A DNA stretch of 64,000 nucleotides. Origin: Lama guanicoe (taxonomy: Eukaryota). This document shows positions 24,822 through 35,990 of the stretch, piece after piece; the first letter of the stretch is position 1; each line of letters starts with the position of its first letter. Location of the stretch: contig MU054220.1 of NCBI GenBank assembly GCA_013239625.1, forward strand, positions 2,479,374-2,543,373, given 5' to 3'. A program made the position numbers and the translations under genes. Under the pieces are notes generated by a model. It worked only from the letters and a program-made list of their open reading frames with translations, had not been told where the DNA came from and searched no databases.

Positions 24822-24891
24822 CATCCAGGAAGCACCACTTGGGGGACAGTTTCTGGCACGTCAGGGACTTGGCTCCAGCACCTTCGGGCTC
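24822..24891 (-). CDS. DGKZ: DGKZ exon 23
   Basis: EPEGAGAKSLTCQKLSPKWCFLD; 70 nt. Confidence 0.93.
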
Positions 24892-24981
24892 CTGTCAAGA
24901 GAAGCAAAGGCCAGGGCTGGGGACGACCAGAGCCTGGAGCAGGCGGGGACAGCATGGGCAGGCCCTCGGCACATTCCTCAC

Positions 24982-25061
24982 CTGCCGGAGTCTCTCGATG
25001 TGGGCGCGGCACAGCTCCAGGTCACTATCTCCTGGGACCACCACAGTGCCCAGTGGCACAG
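24982..25061 (-). CDS. DGKZ: DGKZ exon 22
   Basis: [26 protein letters not shown]; 80 nt. Confidence 0.94.
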
Positions 25062-25159
25062 CTGGAGGAAAGAGTGGCCGTCAGCTGGCTGCACCCCACC
25101 ACCCTGCCCTCAGGGGACCCGGCGGCTCCTCTGCACCCTCAGCCCTGCTGGCCACTCAC

Positions 25160-25260
25160 AGGCCTCTTTGAGCTGCTCCTTGTCGTAGTGCAGGGCCTCG
25201 TAGTCGTGCATGCTGACCCTGCTCACCTGGATCTGCAGCTGCTCCGGCACCGGCTGCTGG
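25160..25260 (-). CDS. DGKZ: DGKZ exon 21
   Basis: [33 protein letters not shown]; 101 nt. Confidence 0.94.
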
Positions 25261-25434
25261 CTGTGGGCGGGGCGACCACACGGCACTTGGCAAGGGCCCA
25301 GCCCAGGCTGCCAGTCCCTGAACCACGTGCCCCCTCCCAGCTGCTCTAGGGAACTGTTAGCCTCCTTTCTGGATGGGGAGACCGAGGCTAGGGAGGGGCA
25401 GTCTGGCCTCAGAGGGTGGCTGTGGGGGACATAC

Positions 25435-25634
25435 TCGCTGTGCAGGGGGGTGGCACTCCGCCGCTTTGCCTTCTGCACCATAGTGGCCTGGTTGCGTAGG
25501 GCGATACGAATGCGTGAGGCTGCGAGCTTGCAGGGTTCACCATCCACCTGGACTGGGATGGCCTTGGATGTGGTGAGCAGCACCTCTTGGCACTGTGTCA
25601 GCCGCTCACCGTGCCCGCCCACCTGCAGTGCTGC
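25435..25634 (-). CDS. DGKZ: DGKZ exon 20 (accessory catalytic domain end)
   Basis: [37 protein letters not shown]...ATPLHS; 200 nt. Confidence 0.95.
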
Positions 25635-25917
25635 CTGTGGGTGCAGGACGCTCAGGTCAGGGGCCAGGGTAGGGCTGGTGGGATCCCAGGCTCTGCTCTT
25701 CCCAGGGATACTCTGGCCAGAGGATAAAGGGAGAGTGACCCCCGGACAGAGAACGGAGGGAGGGTGAGACCCCAGCCAGAGAAAGGAGGAGAGGGTGAAC
25801 TCTCCCATCCTGGCCGAGGAAAGGAATTTTGGTCACCCCCTCTCTTCCTGGGCACTGTGGGGACAGAGGGCAAAGCAGGGCCCGGGCTTTGGGCAGTCCC
25901 TGTGCTGGGCCACTCAC

Positions 25918-26029
25918 CAGGGACGTCATGGTAAAGCCAATGACCTCGAGGTAGCCATCATCGTGCCGTTGGGGCTCAAAGTCATGGTGCTCCCCAGGGT
26001 GGCCCCAGGGCATGGTGCCTGCACAGTAC
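25918..26029 (-). CDS. DGKZ: DGKZ exon 19
   Basis: [37 protein letters not shown]; 112 nt. Confidence 0.95.
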
Positions 26030-26117
26030 CTGGAGGGGAGGGTAAGACAATGGGCCTCAGAGGACAGTCTTACAGGATGGAGACAGCAGGGCCCACATAG
26101 AGCCCTTCCCTCCTCAC

Positions 26118-26191
26118 CTGGGGATGTTCAGGAAAACAATGCACTGGGGTTTCAGGTCCTGAATTTTGGGGGTCAGGTCTGTCCCATCACA
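26118..26191 (-). CDS. DGKZ: DGKZ exon 18
   Basis: [24 protein letters not shown]; 74 nt. Confidence 0.95.
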
Positions 26192-26270
26192 CTGGAGGCA
26201 GGAATGGCAGAGGGTGTTGAGGGTATATGTACCGAGGTGGTCTCCCTCCTGCTGGGCCCGCCCACCAGCG

Positions 26271-26304
26271 TGGCCCACTCACCACCATGGCCCACTCACC
26301 ACCA
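26271..26304. repeat. 17-bp tandem duplication across the DGKZ exon 17 donor
   Basis: TGGCCCACTCACCACCA twice (26271-26287, 26288-26304). Confidence 0.95.
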
Positions 26305-26362
26305 CGCGGATGTGCTTGGCCAAGTCCTTGGAGCTGCCCATTAGGAAGTCAGAGAAGGCTGT
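26300..26362 (-). CDS. DGKZ: DGKZ exon 17
   Basis: TAFSDFLMGSSKDLAKHIRVV; 63 nt; donor duplicated 17 nt downstream. Confidence 0.94.
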
Positions 26363-26526
26363 CTGTGGGAGACAGAGGGCGTCACCATCTGGTGACAGGG
26401 GATTTCCTTCACCACTGCCTGGCAGGGGTCCTGAGGCCAGGTAGACACAGGCAGGTGGGAGGCATGGGTGGTAGGACAGGTGAGTGTAGGAGTAGTGGGT
26501 TGTAGCTGGCAGACCCCTAGACTCAC

Positions 26527-26582
26527 CCCGGCATAGAACATCTTGTTCCGAAAGCGGCTGTTGAATTTCTCTGGGTTGGCCT
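26527..26582 (-). CDS. DGKZ: DGKZ exon 16
   Basis: ANPEKFNSRFRNKMFYAG; 56 nt. Confidence 0.95.
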
Positions 26583-26614
26583 CTGGGTGGTGACAAAAAA
26601 ATAGGGGACAGTCA

Positions 26615-26938
<324 letters not shown>

Positions 26939-27266
26939 TCAGGCCCTGCCATCTCCGCTCCTGGGAGGCTCCGAGTGCCCCGCACACAAGAGCATCCCTT
27001 TCCCAGGCTTCACCTCCCCCATGACCCTCCTCCCCTGATGTTTCTGTAGGAGCCCATGAAAGTGGGGACTTGGTTTTGTTCTCTGCTTAGAACAGTGCCC
27101 AACAGCGATAGGTACTCGGTAAATGTGTGCCAAGTGGCTAACAAGTGTCTTGTGAGGTGAGTACCATTATTCCCTCTTCCTGTGAAGAGGCCAAAGTCTG
27201 GAGAAATGAAGACCGGTCCAAGGCCCCAGAATCCCAGACACCCCCAGCCCGCCCTGGCTGACCCAC

Positions 27267-27407
27267 CCGGTCGGTGGCGCCCTCATCTCGCTCCTCAGGC
27301 CCCGCCTCAGGGTTGGGCTCAGCACGGAGGTCCCAGCGGTCCAGCTGTACCACGTTGCCCTCCTCCACATGAGACAGGATCTTGGACACAGGCTCATCTG
27401 TGTAGCC
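27267..27407 (-). CDS. DGKZ: DGKZ exon 14
   Basis: [47 protein letters not shown]; 141 nt. Confidence 0.95.
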
Positions 27408-27498
27408 CTGGTGGGAGGAGGTGGGAACTGAGCTCCTCTTGAGGCTGGGCCTCCCCCACCACCCACCCACCTCAGCTCCCCACCCCATGGGTGCTCAC

Positions 27499-27612
27499 CC
27501 CGCCCCAGTTGAGGGTGCGGGCCAAGTCGTTGCCAGTGCCCAGAGGCAGGATGGCGACAGGTGGTGGTGGTTTTAGGCGCAGCTGGTCAAGGGTGGAGAG
27601 GATCCAGCCGAC
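27499..27612 (-). CDS. DGKZ: DGKZ exon 13 (catalytic)
   Basis: [38 protein letters not shown]; 114 nt. Confidence 0.96.
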
Positions 27613-27697
27613 CTGGAGGGGGCAGAGCAGAGGAGGTCAGGTCAGAGCGGAGAGGCCCAGGCCCAGGCCCAGGCCCGGGATGGGCAGGAGCACTCAC

Positions 27698-27758
27698 CGT
27701 GCCATCCCCTCCGCATGCCAGGATCCGCAGGTTGTGCACTCGGCGGTACATCTCCAGC
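27698..27758 (-). CDS. DGKZ: DGKZ exon 12 (ATP-binding GGDG)
   Basis: [20 protein letters not shown]; 61 nt. Confidence 0.96.
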
Positions 27759-27860
27759 CTGGGGTCAGGAGACAGGAACGGGGTCAGGGTCTGTGTGCCA
27801 GACCCCAAGCATCAGGTGAGCCCTCATCACCATCCCCACAGGGCCCTGGCAAGTACTTAC

Positions 27861-27943
27861 GCCTCCTTGGGTCCTCCCTGGCTCAGGTCAAAGACTTGCC
27901 GGGGATTGAGATACCAGAGGAAGGACTGGATGATCTTGGCGCC
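27861..27943 (-). CDS. DGKZ: DGKZ exon 11
   Basis: [27 protein letters not shown]; 83 nt. Confidence 0.95.
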
Positions 27944-28221
27944 CTGTGGGAGACCAGGAGCCGACAGGGACAGGGAGGAGGGAGTCAGGGGTGGCAGGCT
28001 GAGGTGGGGAGAAGGACATGGCTGTGGGAACCAGGCACAGGAAGAAGTGATGGGTGGTGACAGAACTGGATTTTCTCAGGATCGCTCAGAAAGAGGGAGG
28101 AGGCAGAAGCCTGCAGCAGAACCTGGGAACAGCTGCTGGGGGGGGCCGGGGAGGGGGACAGCAAGCTTGATCCCATCCCTCCCCCAAGGGTCTCAGTGAA
28201 GGGTGGAGGCCACATGTGTAC

Positions 28222-28317
28222 CTGGTTGCCCCCACTCTTGGGGTTCACAAACACCAGCAGGGGCTTCATAAGGGGGGATGGGGTGGGCCTGATGATGAAG
28301 GGTCTCCAGCGGCCCTC
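28222..28317 (-). CDS. DGKZ: DGKZ exon 10 (catalytic domain start)
   Basis: [32 protein letters not shown]; 96 nt; AAG acceptor. Confidence 0.95.
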
Positions 28318-28612
28318 CTTGGAGACACAGAAAACCCGTAAGGCTCCTTCCTGTCCTGGTGGACCCTGTGCCCATTCTCAGCAATGCCACTGGGTGCCCC
28401 CCTCGAGTGACACCTCTGGGTCAGACCTTACAGTGGGTCTGACCACAGAGAGGCAACTTGGATCTGACCTCCCACCCTCCTCAGGGCCCCAGAGTCCAAA
28501 CTGACCCACCGATGGCTAAGCTGGTAGAATCAACCCAGGGGCCTCAGTATGCCAAGAAATAGGTCCCTCTCTCCTGTTCCCCTCCCGTTGCCCAAAGGGC
28601 CCCAGGTCTAAC

Positions 28613-28684
28613 CTCAGGCCCTTTCTTGCTAGATTTCCTCTTGAAGGATGCCCTCTTTTTCTTCTTGCTTGCTTTGAGGGTATT
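28613..28684 (-). CDS. DGKZ: DGKZ exon 9 (MARCKS-like phosphorylation domain / NLS)
   Basis: [24 protein letters not shown]; 72 nt. Confidence 0.96.
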
Positions 28685-28782
28685 CTGCAAGGAAAGCAGG
28701 GGTGTTGTTGACAAGGCAAGTGGGTTGGGGTGGCTGGCAGATCCCAAGTGTGGGGGGCTGTCAATGTGCAGGCAGGACTCAC

Positions 28783-28899
28783 CTGGGGCCTGCGGGCTCG
28801 GAGGATCCAGGTGGGTGGGATGACCACGGCAGCATGGACCCCCAGGGAGCATGGCTCCTCAATCTGCTGCAGCATGAAGCAGGACACCTTGCTGTGGTA
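28783..28899 (-). CDS. DGKZ: DGKZ exon 8
   Basis: [39 protein letters not shown]; 117 nt. Confidence 0.95.
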
Positions 28900-29008
28900 C
28901 TAGAGGAGAGTGGTGGGCGTGGCTGAGCCGGACAGAGCTGAGATCTGGGGACCCCAACTCAGCATAGCCCAGGGCACAGCCTGAGGGGGCAGGGTGAGCA
29001 CCACTCAC

Positions 29009-29080
29009 TGCTTGCTTGCACCAGGAGCAGCTGATGGCCACAATCTCCTTGCTGTGGAAGGTGAACTTCTGCTGGAAGCC
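29009..29080 (-). CDS. DGKZ: DGKZ exon 7 (C1b)
   Basis: [24 protein letters not shown]; 72 nt. Confidence 0.95.
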
Positions 29081-29982
29081 CTAGGGTGGACAGGGTGGTC
29101 AGGGCACCAGGGCCGGGCCCAGAGCAGCAGACCTGTCCTTGTCTGTTACTAACCTCTCTCCACCCAGAGAAACTGAGCACATTTTTTAAAAATAAAAGAA
29201 CTGTAAAATGAGTTTACAGTTACAGAGCAGGAGGCTGAGCCAGGCACCCAGGACTCTGAAGTTAATTGCAAAGTGTCAGGTAGCACGTATGATCTGCTGG
29301 AAGTGGGTCCACAGATAACGCCTACCTGACTCCGATCCCTCCTTCCCAAGCCCAGACCCACCAGGCCACGTGGTGTGCTCTTCAAGTCTTTATAGTACCA
29401 ATCACATTCATTCCCCTGTTCATCCCATGCATGTTTACTGCGGGCCTACTGTGTGCCAGATGCCGCTGGACACAGAGTGAACGGAGGAAAGAGGGACAAG
29501 GCCTCTCAGCCTCCCGGAGCCTGCACTTACTGAGGGGGAGACACACAAGAAGAAAACGACAAATAAGTCAGCAAAACCACTGTGGACTGTGCTCAGGAAG
29601 ACGGCCAGCAGTGTGTCTGGGAGCTACACCTCCTCCAGGAGGACAGGGACCCGCTACCCAGTTCGGTGCTTGGCATCCAGTAGGTGCTCAGTGTGCATCT
29701 GCTGAGTTAATGAATAAAGAAGTCTATACGCTTCTCAAAGGGCTCTATCTTGACTTCAGAACAGATACCCTGCTCTAGAAGAAAGCTTTCCCCTCTGCTC
29801 CCCGGCTCAGCCCAGGGACCTGGGTGTTCTGGCACTGACTGAGCACCACAGCCAGGCTGGCCCTGGGACTCTGCACTTGGGGTATGCAGTCAGTGATGGA
29901 TGGGCCACACAAGGCTTAGGGGGCCGCAGGGCCCAGAACCAGTGGGCAGCAGGCTAGTCAGCTTCCTTGGACTGGGCCTCAC

Positions 29983-30051
29983 CTTCCCACAGTGCCGACA
30001 CTTGCCATCCTGGCGTCGCCTGTGTACCCAGTGGTGCCGCACAAAGGTTGG
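29983..30051 (-). CDS. DGKZ: DGKZ exon 6 (C1b)
   Basis: [23 protein letters not shown]; 69 nt. Confidence 0.95.
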
Positions 30052-30452
30052 CTGGTGGAGGAGAGAAGCATCATTGGAGTAAGTAAGGGGTGGGAGCCTT
30101 GAGTATGGCCTGAACCCCTCAATATAGCAACAGTGAGGTTGGCGCTGCGGGAAGCTCTCTGCAGTCCTACATGCAAGTGAGAAGGGCCTGAAGATTTCTC
30201 TTCATGGCCTGGAGGGAGGGGCTCAGGCTCAGAGGAAAGACAGAGAGAGCTAGCAGGCACAAAGGCCATTGGTGCCCCACCTCTCTGCAGGCAGGGCAGG
30301 CCAGGCCTGCCCCTTTGAGAGCCTCAGAGTCTCAGCCTGTACCCTGCGCCCCAGAGCAGTCTAGAAGGAGCTGACCCCCTGGTGGCACTCTGAAGACACT
30401 GCAGAGAGGTCCACTCGGGATAACTGGGGCCCTGACTATCCTGGGCACTTAC

Positions 30453-30509
30453 CTCACGGATATTCCTGGAGCCTGATTCACGGAAGGATGGCTTACAGCG
30501 GAAATTTAT
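30453..30509 (-). CDS. DGKZ: DGKZ exon 5
   Basis: INFRCKPSFRESGSRNIRE; 57 nt. Confidence 0.94.
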
Positions 30510-31402
30510 CTGTGAAACATTGCAACAATCACCAAAACATCAGAACTCCCTTTGTGGGGTCAGGCGTTTGTCCACCCACTCCAGGAGAGGGTCACTCAGA
30601 ATCATCCTCACAAGGTAAGGAAAGCCACCAATCATTCCAGGAGCCCTGAGAATGTGAGACACCTGTACTGAGAAGCTCTCTGGCACCCCTGCGCCTCTCC
30701 AGAAGGAACCTTTCCTTCCCCTGCCCAGTCTTCTGGGATGAGGGAGACCACAAGTTCTGTATCTATCTCCCCGACTAAATTGGCACCAAGGTTTACCCCT
30801 CCTATACTTTTCCTCACCCTTCAGCACTTCCAACTTAGGTCGTACAGGCAGCCCACTCCTTGCTTGCTGACTGGTTCCTGGAGATCTTAGCTCATTTGTG
30901 GAACCCTGGTTTGATTTTCACCTTAGCGGATGGTGCTGGGTCTTAAGCGCCTGGGGCTACATTTGTTTTTCTTTTTCTAACTGTCCCTGCTCCAGCCTTA
31001 GCAAAAAATTGGTGGGAAATCTCACCCTACGAGTCAGGGAGTGGGGGAAGCAGTCCATGTTAGCCCTGTTCTTGCCATTCCTAGGCCTACGGGATTTCTC
31101 TTACGCTGGTCTGGGTTTCTGCCGCCTGGGGAACCCTAAGGGCCATGGCAGCCCTCCCACCCTCTGCCTGGAACCCCCTGCCCAGCATTCCTTCTACCTC
31201 CCTCTCTAGAAGCTAGGGGCCCAGATGTGCCCCCAGCTGCACACATGCTGTGGACAATGGTCCTTGGGGTATGGTCTCTACAGTGGCAGTCTTCAGGGGA
31301 CAGAGCTTGGCTTCAGGGCTACACAGGACAGGCCTAGACACAGCTGAGTTAAGAAGCTTCCACAAGGCAATGGTCCCTTCTAAGTGTTAGTTTGGGAACT
31401 GA

Positions 31403-31772
31403 CAAAATTATGTCTTGGCCATCATTCATGAAGTAATTCATGAATTCATCTTGTAGAGTATTAGTTAACGAGCCCTACTCTGTGCCAGGCTTGTTCTGAG
31501 CAGTGGGGACACAGCAGCAAATAAAAGGGGGGGAGTCAGGCTGCAAATGCAGTCCTTTTGGTTCCAGGGTCCTTGGCTCTTCACCGCCAAAATTATGTCT
31601 TGGCCATCATTCATGAAGTAATTCATGAATTCATCTTGTAGAGTATTAGTTAACGAGCCCTACTCTGTGCCAGGCTTGTTCTGAGCAGTGGGGACACAGC
31701 AGCAAATAAAAGGGGGGGAGTCAGGCTGCAAATGCAGTCCTTTTGGTTCCAGGGTCCTTGGCTCTTCACCGC
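31403..31772. repeat. Perfect 185-bp tandem duplication in DGKZ intron 4
   Basis: 31403-31587 repeated at 31588-31772, no mismatch found by eye. Confidence 0.95.
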
Positions 31773-31886
31773 CCTGCACAGTAGGGCCCCCTGGTAGGCG
31801 ATGTCTGTGTAACATGAGTGTACATGTACAGGTAACTTGTGTGTACTCAGAGGGGAGGGACAGGAAAGCCTAAGAACCATACTCAC

Positions 31887-31964
31887 CTTCTCCAGCTGTT
31901 CAATGCAGGGGGTGTGCACCACAATCTTGCAGGCGGCACACTTTCTCCGGGACACTGATTTCTG
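31887..31964 (-). CDS. DGKZ: DGKZ exon 4 (C1a), NAGNAG acceptor (start 31964 or 31961)
   Basis: (Q)KSVSRRKCAACKIVVHTPCIEQLEK; 78 or 75 nt. Confidence 0.95.
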
Positions 31965-32224
31965 CTGCAGAAAAGAGAGGGCTCCTGAGGCACTAGGTAA
32001 CTCCATCCAGGATGCTGCCTCACGGCAGGCAGAGAAATCCTGGCACCTGCCCCAGCAAAGCTGCCCTCTATGTGCAGGGAAGCCCCAGCCCTGGCATCAG
32101 AACACAGCCCCCATTCCTCTCGCCATCCTTGGGCAGCCCACAGCAGGGGCACTCAAGCCAGCATATAGGCTTCTAGACCCGGCTCCACCACCAGGGGGCA
32201 GCGTGCCACCCCAAGCTCACTCAC

Positions 32225-32320
32225 CAGCATCTTAGCAACACAGTATTGCTCTCCAACATAGCAGAAGTCCCCCGACACGTTGGTCTCAAACCATATATGC
32301 TCCCCATACGTCGCCGACTC
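32225..32320 (-). CDS. DGKZ: DGKZ exon 3 (C1a)
   Basis: [32 protein letters not shown]; 96 nt. Confidence 0.95.
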
Positions 32321-32645
32321 CTAAACCATGGGAGGAGCATGCTCATTTCACGTCTGCTGCCCAGACCACCAGTCCACCCCTGCCCTACCCCAATAACCCT
32401 CCCTCTCCCAAGACAGATCTGCTCCAGCCACCACAATCTACTTTGCTCCATCCTGTTTTCCCCACTGTCCCTTTGCTTTAAGGACTGGCTCAACCGTGGC
32501 CACCCCAGACAGTCTGGCCTGACCCCAAAGGTCCCACAGGCCTCTTGCAGCTGCCCACAGTACCTCCAACCCCGGCAGTTCCTGTGGCCCTGAGCCTGGT
32601 GCAGGGCTGGTCCCCATCTACCCCTCCCAGCTCCGGGCCACTCAC

Positions 32646-32754
32646 GCTCCAGTCCACAGTGCTCCGGATCTGCCGCTCAGGCTCACTGCACAGGGCCCCA
32701 GGAGCAGGAGGAGGCGGTGCCAGGTGCTGGAGGCCCGACTTTGTGATGGCTTTC
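32646..32754 (-). CDS. DGKZ: DGKZ exon 2 (first shared exon)
   Basis: [36 protein letters not shown]; 109 nt; accepts phase-2 first exons. Confidence 0.95.
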
Positions 32755-33063
32755 CTACAGAAAAGGAGAACGCTGAGGCTGGCTGAGCACTTGGCGACTC
32801 AGCTTCCTTCCTCTCACCTGGGATCTCTGCCCTCATCGTGACCTCAACTCCAGGCCAAGACAGGGAGGGCAACAGGGAGGGCAGAGGACGCCCCATGGAG
32901 CCCAAGACTCTGAAAGATCCCCAAGGAGACTGAGCCTTCCTCACAGCCCTTCTGTGGTGCACGGGCTTCAGACCATGGCCCAGAGCCACTCCTGAGCCAG
33001 AGGCCCTCACGGCAGCCCTCCAGAGGTCACACCACTCGCCCTGCTGGCCGCAGCTATACCTAC

Positions 33064-33809
33064 ACAAGCAGGGCACTCCAGGTCTGGGGTCCGGCTGACT
33101 TGCGGCGCAGGGCTACCTGGCGCCTGCGGGACAGTGGGCGCATGCGGGCAGGCATCCCGGGACCAGCTGTGGAACCCGAGGCTCTTCGGCTCCCAGGGAC
33201 GGGGTGTTGGCCTGAGGGCCGCTGCTGGCTGAGGCGCCGGTAGTAACCGTGTAGGCCCCAGAGGGCGTGGTCGTACACCACATCAGCGGGCAGCAGGTGG
33301 GAGGATGCCCGGCGCCGGCGCCAGCGGGGAACAGGCAGCAGGGGCAGGGCGCCCTGATGCGAGGGTGGCCCTGGTCTCTTGGTGCCTGGCCAGGCAGCGC
33401 TCAATGACGCAACTGTCACCTCCTCCTCCTGGACCCCCTCCTCCTCCTCCTCATCATCGTCCATGCCCACAAGCCCGGCCAACAGCAGGGGTGCGCCCAG
33501 AAGCTGGGCCTGGACAGTGGCAGGCTGTGGGGTGGGCACCTCATCCACGGTGAAGCGGGGGTTGCAGGCGGGGGGTGCGGTGCTGGAGCGCCGGCGGCTG
33601 GAGCGTGGGGCCCCCACGCCACAGCTCAGGAGACAGCCCTGGAGCTGTGCACTGGAACGGCGCCGCTGCACCAGCGAGGAGGAGGCCTGCCCGGCGGGTG
33701 AGCGACGCCGGGCCTTGCCCGTGGGCAGCCCCACGCCACTGGCCCGCCGCTGCCCCTCTCCAGGGCCTGGCGCCTTCCGCTGGAAGCGTCTCCTAAAGAA
33801 GGTCTCCAT
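33064..33809 (-). CDS. DGKZ: DGKZ alternative first coding exon of the long (zeta2-type) isoform, about 1123 aa total
   Basis: GCCATGG start; METFFRRRFQRKAPGPGEGQRR...SAGPQTWSALL; 746 nt, phase 2, donor GTAGGT; candidate acceptor upstream (exon start 33916). Confidence 0.9.
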
Positions 33810-35454
33810 GGCAGGGGCAGGCGGGTGGCTGTTGGGCACAGAGACCGGGAGCATCAGGAGCTGGGTCAGGCCAGGGCCTGTCCTGTGCCCAGAAGCCCAG
33901 TCATAGCCTCTGCCCTCTGAGCAGAGAAGGGACACTTAGGAGGAAAGGGAGTGGTCCGTGGCCTCTGATCTATGTAAATGGGGTGTTGGGGCTACTAGAG
34001 GATCCAGCAGGGAGCCCAGAGCCACTGCTGTTGGATGCATTAGCGCTCTCCCTGGTTCCGCCCCATGCTGCCCCAGGAGTACAGCTACCCATTTGCCTCC
34101 CCTAGTCCAGGCACCATGATCCATAAAGCTCTTGCCTAAAGGACTTCAACTCCCTTGCCTGAAGCTGATGGAAAAGAAAAAGGAAGCTGGAAGCCTGGAG
34201 TCAGCCTAGATAGACTGAAGGGCTGAGGGCAAGGCTTTTTCTCTTGTTGGGCCTTTATTTTGCCACCAACACAGAATAGGTTAGGCTTAGGTGTCCCCTC
34301 CCGGGACATGGCACGAACCAAGCCATGGTAAGAAAATGAGGCTCTCTGAAGAAAAGTTCAGTCCTGATACGACCCCCAGACTCTCAGCCTCAGTATTGGG
34401 GTCAGAAATGGAGAGGATCTGACATCTGCCTTAGGGATGGAAGGCCCCTGGGAAGCAAGGCCCCCAAGAGCTGGAGAGGCAGCTGTACAGTGCAGGAAGC
34501 CACCGGGGGACTTGCTGTGGGAAGCCGCAAGGGACCTGAGCCAAGAGAGAGCCTTTGGGTTCTGGGTGTGTGAGTGCTCTGTCTCTGAAGGGCTAATGGT
34601 AGGAACTTTTCTGGTCTCATCCTTCTGAAGAGGCACAGTGCAGACATTTGTGTGTAAAAGTGCTGGGCGATGTCTGAAAACCTTTCCAGCTCTGCCGCTG
34701 AGGGAGTCTGTGAACTGCAACTGGACCAGGGAGCCAATGCTAGAAACTTGAATGCTCAGAATTCCGGACACTGAGCTGCCCAGAGCGCCCTCCTGCAGGA
34801 GCCTTGGGGACAGTTCTTGCTCAAGCTACCCACCTTGACCTGGTTTGAACATGGGCTCCACTTTCTTTGCCAGCTCACCCAGCCCACTTCTGCACAGTGG
34901 CCCTCACCTCTTCCTCATAGTGGGGGAAGGGCAGGGAGCCTGGCACGCTTCTGGGGGGCAATGTCTCCAGAGTGCCCAGGGCCACCTGTGTCCCGCCATC
35001 AAGTACTCTCTTGGGTCCTGGCAGCCACCAGGAGGTCTGGGCCATGGCCAAGGGACATCTGCCTGGGGCTGAAGAGAGAAATACTTCTGCTGGCTGAGGG
35101 CCTCTCACAGAAGTTAGGCCTGGAGGATAGAAGCCCTGGACAAATGGTGGGAGATGATGGGCTTGAGGAATCAGGCCTGGGCTGCATGTCCAACACCTAC
35201 TCCTCCCACCCGCAATCCCCACGCTTGATTTGCTACTGCCCTGTGGGTCAGGCAGGCCGGGGCCCTGGATGGGAGGGAGGGTACTGAGAAGGAGGCAGAT
35301 GGGGGCCAAGGTGTGTGAGCTCCTGTGACCAGTGAGTGGTGAAGGCAGTGTTTGGGCCTGCCTGCTCTGGGCCTCTGCTTTATAGTCCCCAGCCTTTGCA
35401 GGTGACAGGGAGAAGGCCAGGAGAGCTCTTGGCTTCCTCCTAAAATCAATACCT

Positions 35455-35990
35455 TCACAGCTAACTTTTACTGAGTGCCCACACGCAACAGGTACTGTAC
35501 TAAGCCCTTTACAAACACATGTACCATTTTATAAACCTCAACATCCTAAAGAATACTGTATCATGTCCCCGTCTTGATGGGAAACTGAGGCACAAGGAGG
35601 TCACCTGCCCAAAGTGCACAGCTAGTTGGTGTGGAGCCAGTGCTGGAACTCACCTCCACCTGAGGGCAAAGCCTGTGCTCAGAGATGTGGCAGAGAGGAG
35701 GGTCCCCTGTCTTGGGTTTATGGTGGGGTGGGGGAGGGAAGGGAGCCATCATGAGAACAGTAATGGTCCCATTCACTGAACACCTACTATGAGACAGGCC
35801 CTGGGCCAAGTGCTTTCCTTTATCATCTCGTTTGAGCCCTTCTGTCACCCTTGAGGTGGGCAGATCAATGGCTCCATTACAGAGAAGAGGAAACTGAGGC
35901 TTGACTGAAAACTGAGGTGCAGTAACAGGCTCTAAGGTCACACAGCTGGTCAGCGGCAGAACTTGGACCTGAACCCAGGTCTGCTGACAT
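35455..35990 (-). mobile_element. Two adjacent MIR fragments
   Basis: GATGGGAAACTGAGGCACA (35576) and TTACAGAGAAGAGGAAACTGAGGC...AAGGTCACACAGCT...TGAACCCAGGTCTG (35877-35985). Confidence 0.7.

Noticed and set aside
27653..27676. (GGCCCA)4 repeat in DGKZ intron 12
   Set aside because: Short simple repeat with no evident consequence
31403..31772. Direct repeats as a CRISPR-like array or LTR pair
   Set aside because: Only two abutting copies, no spacers, TSD or LTR termini; mammalian intron
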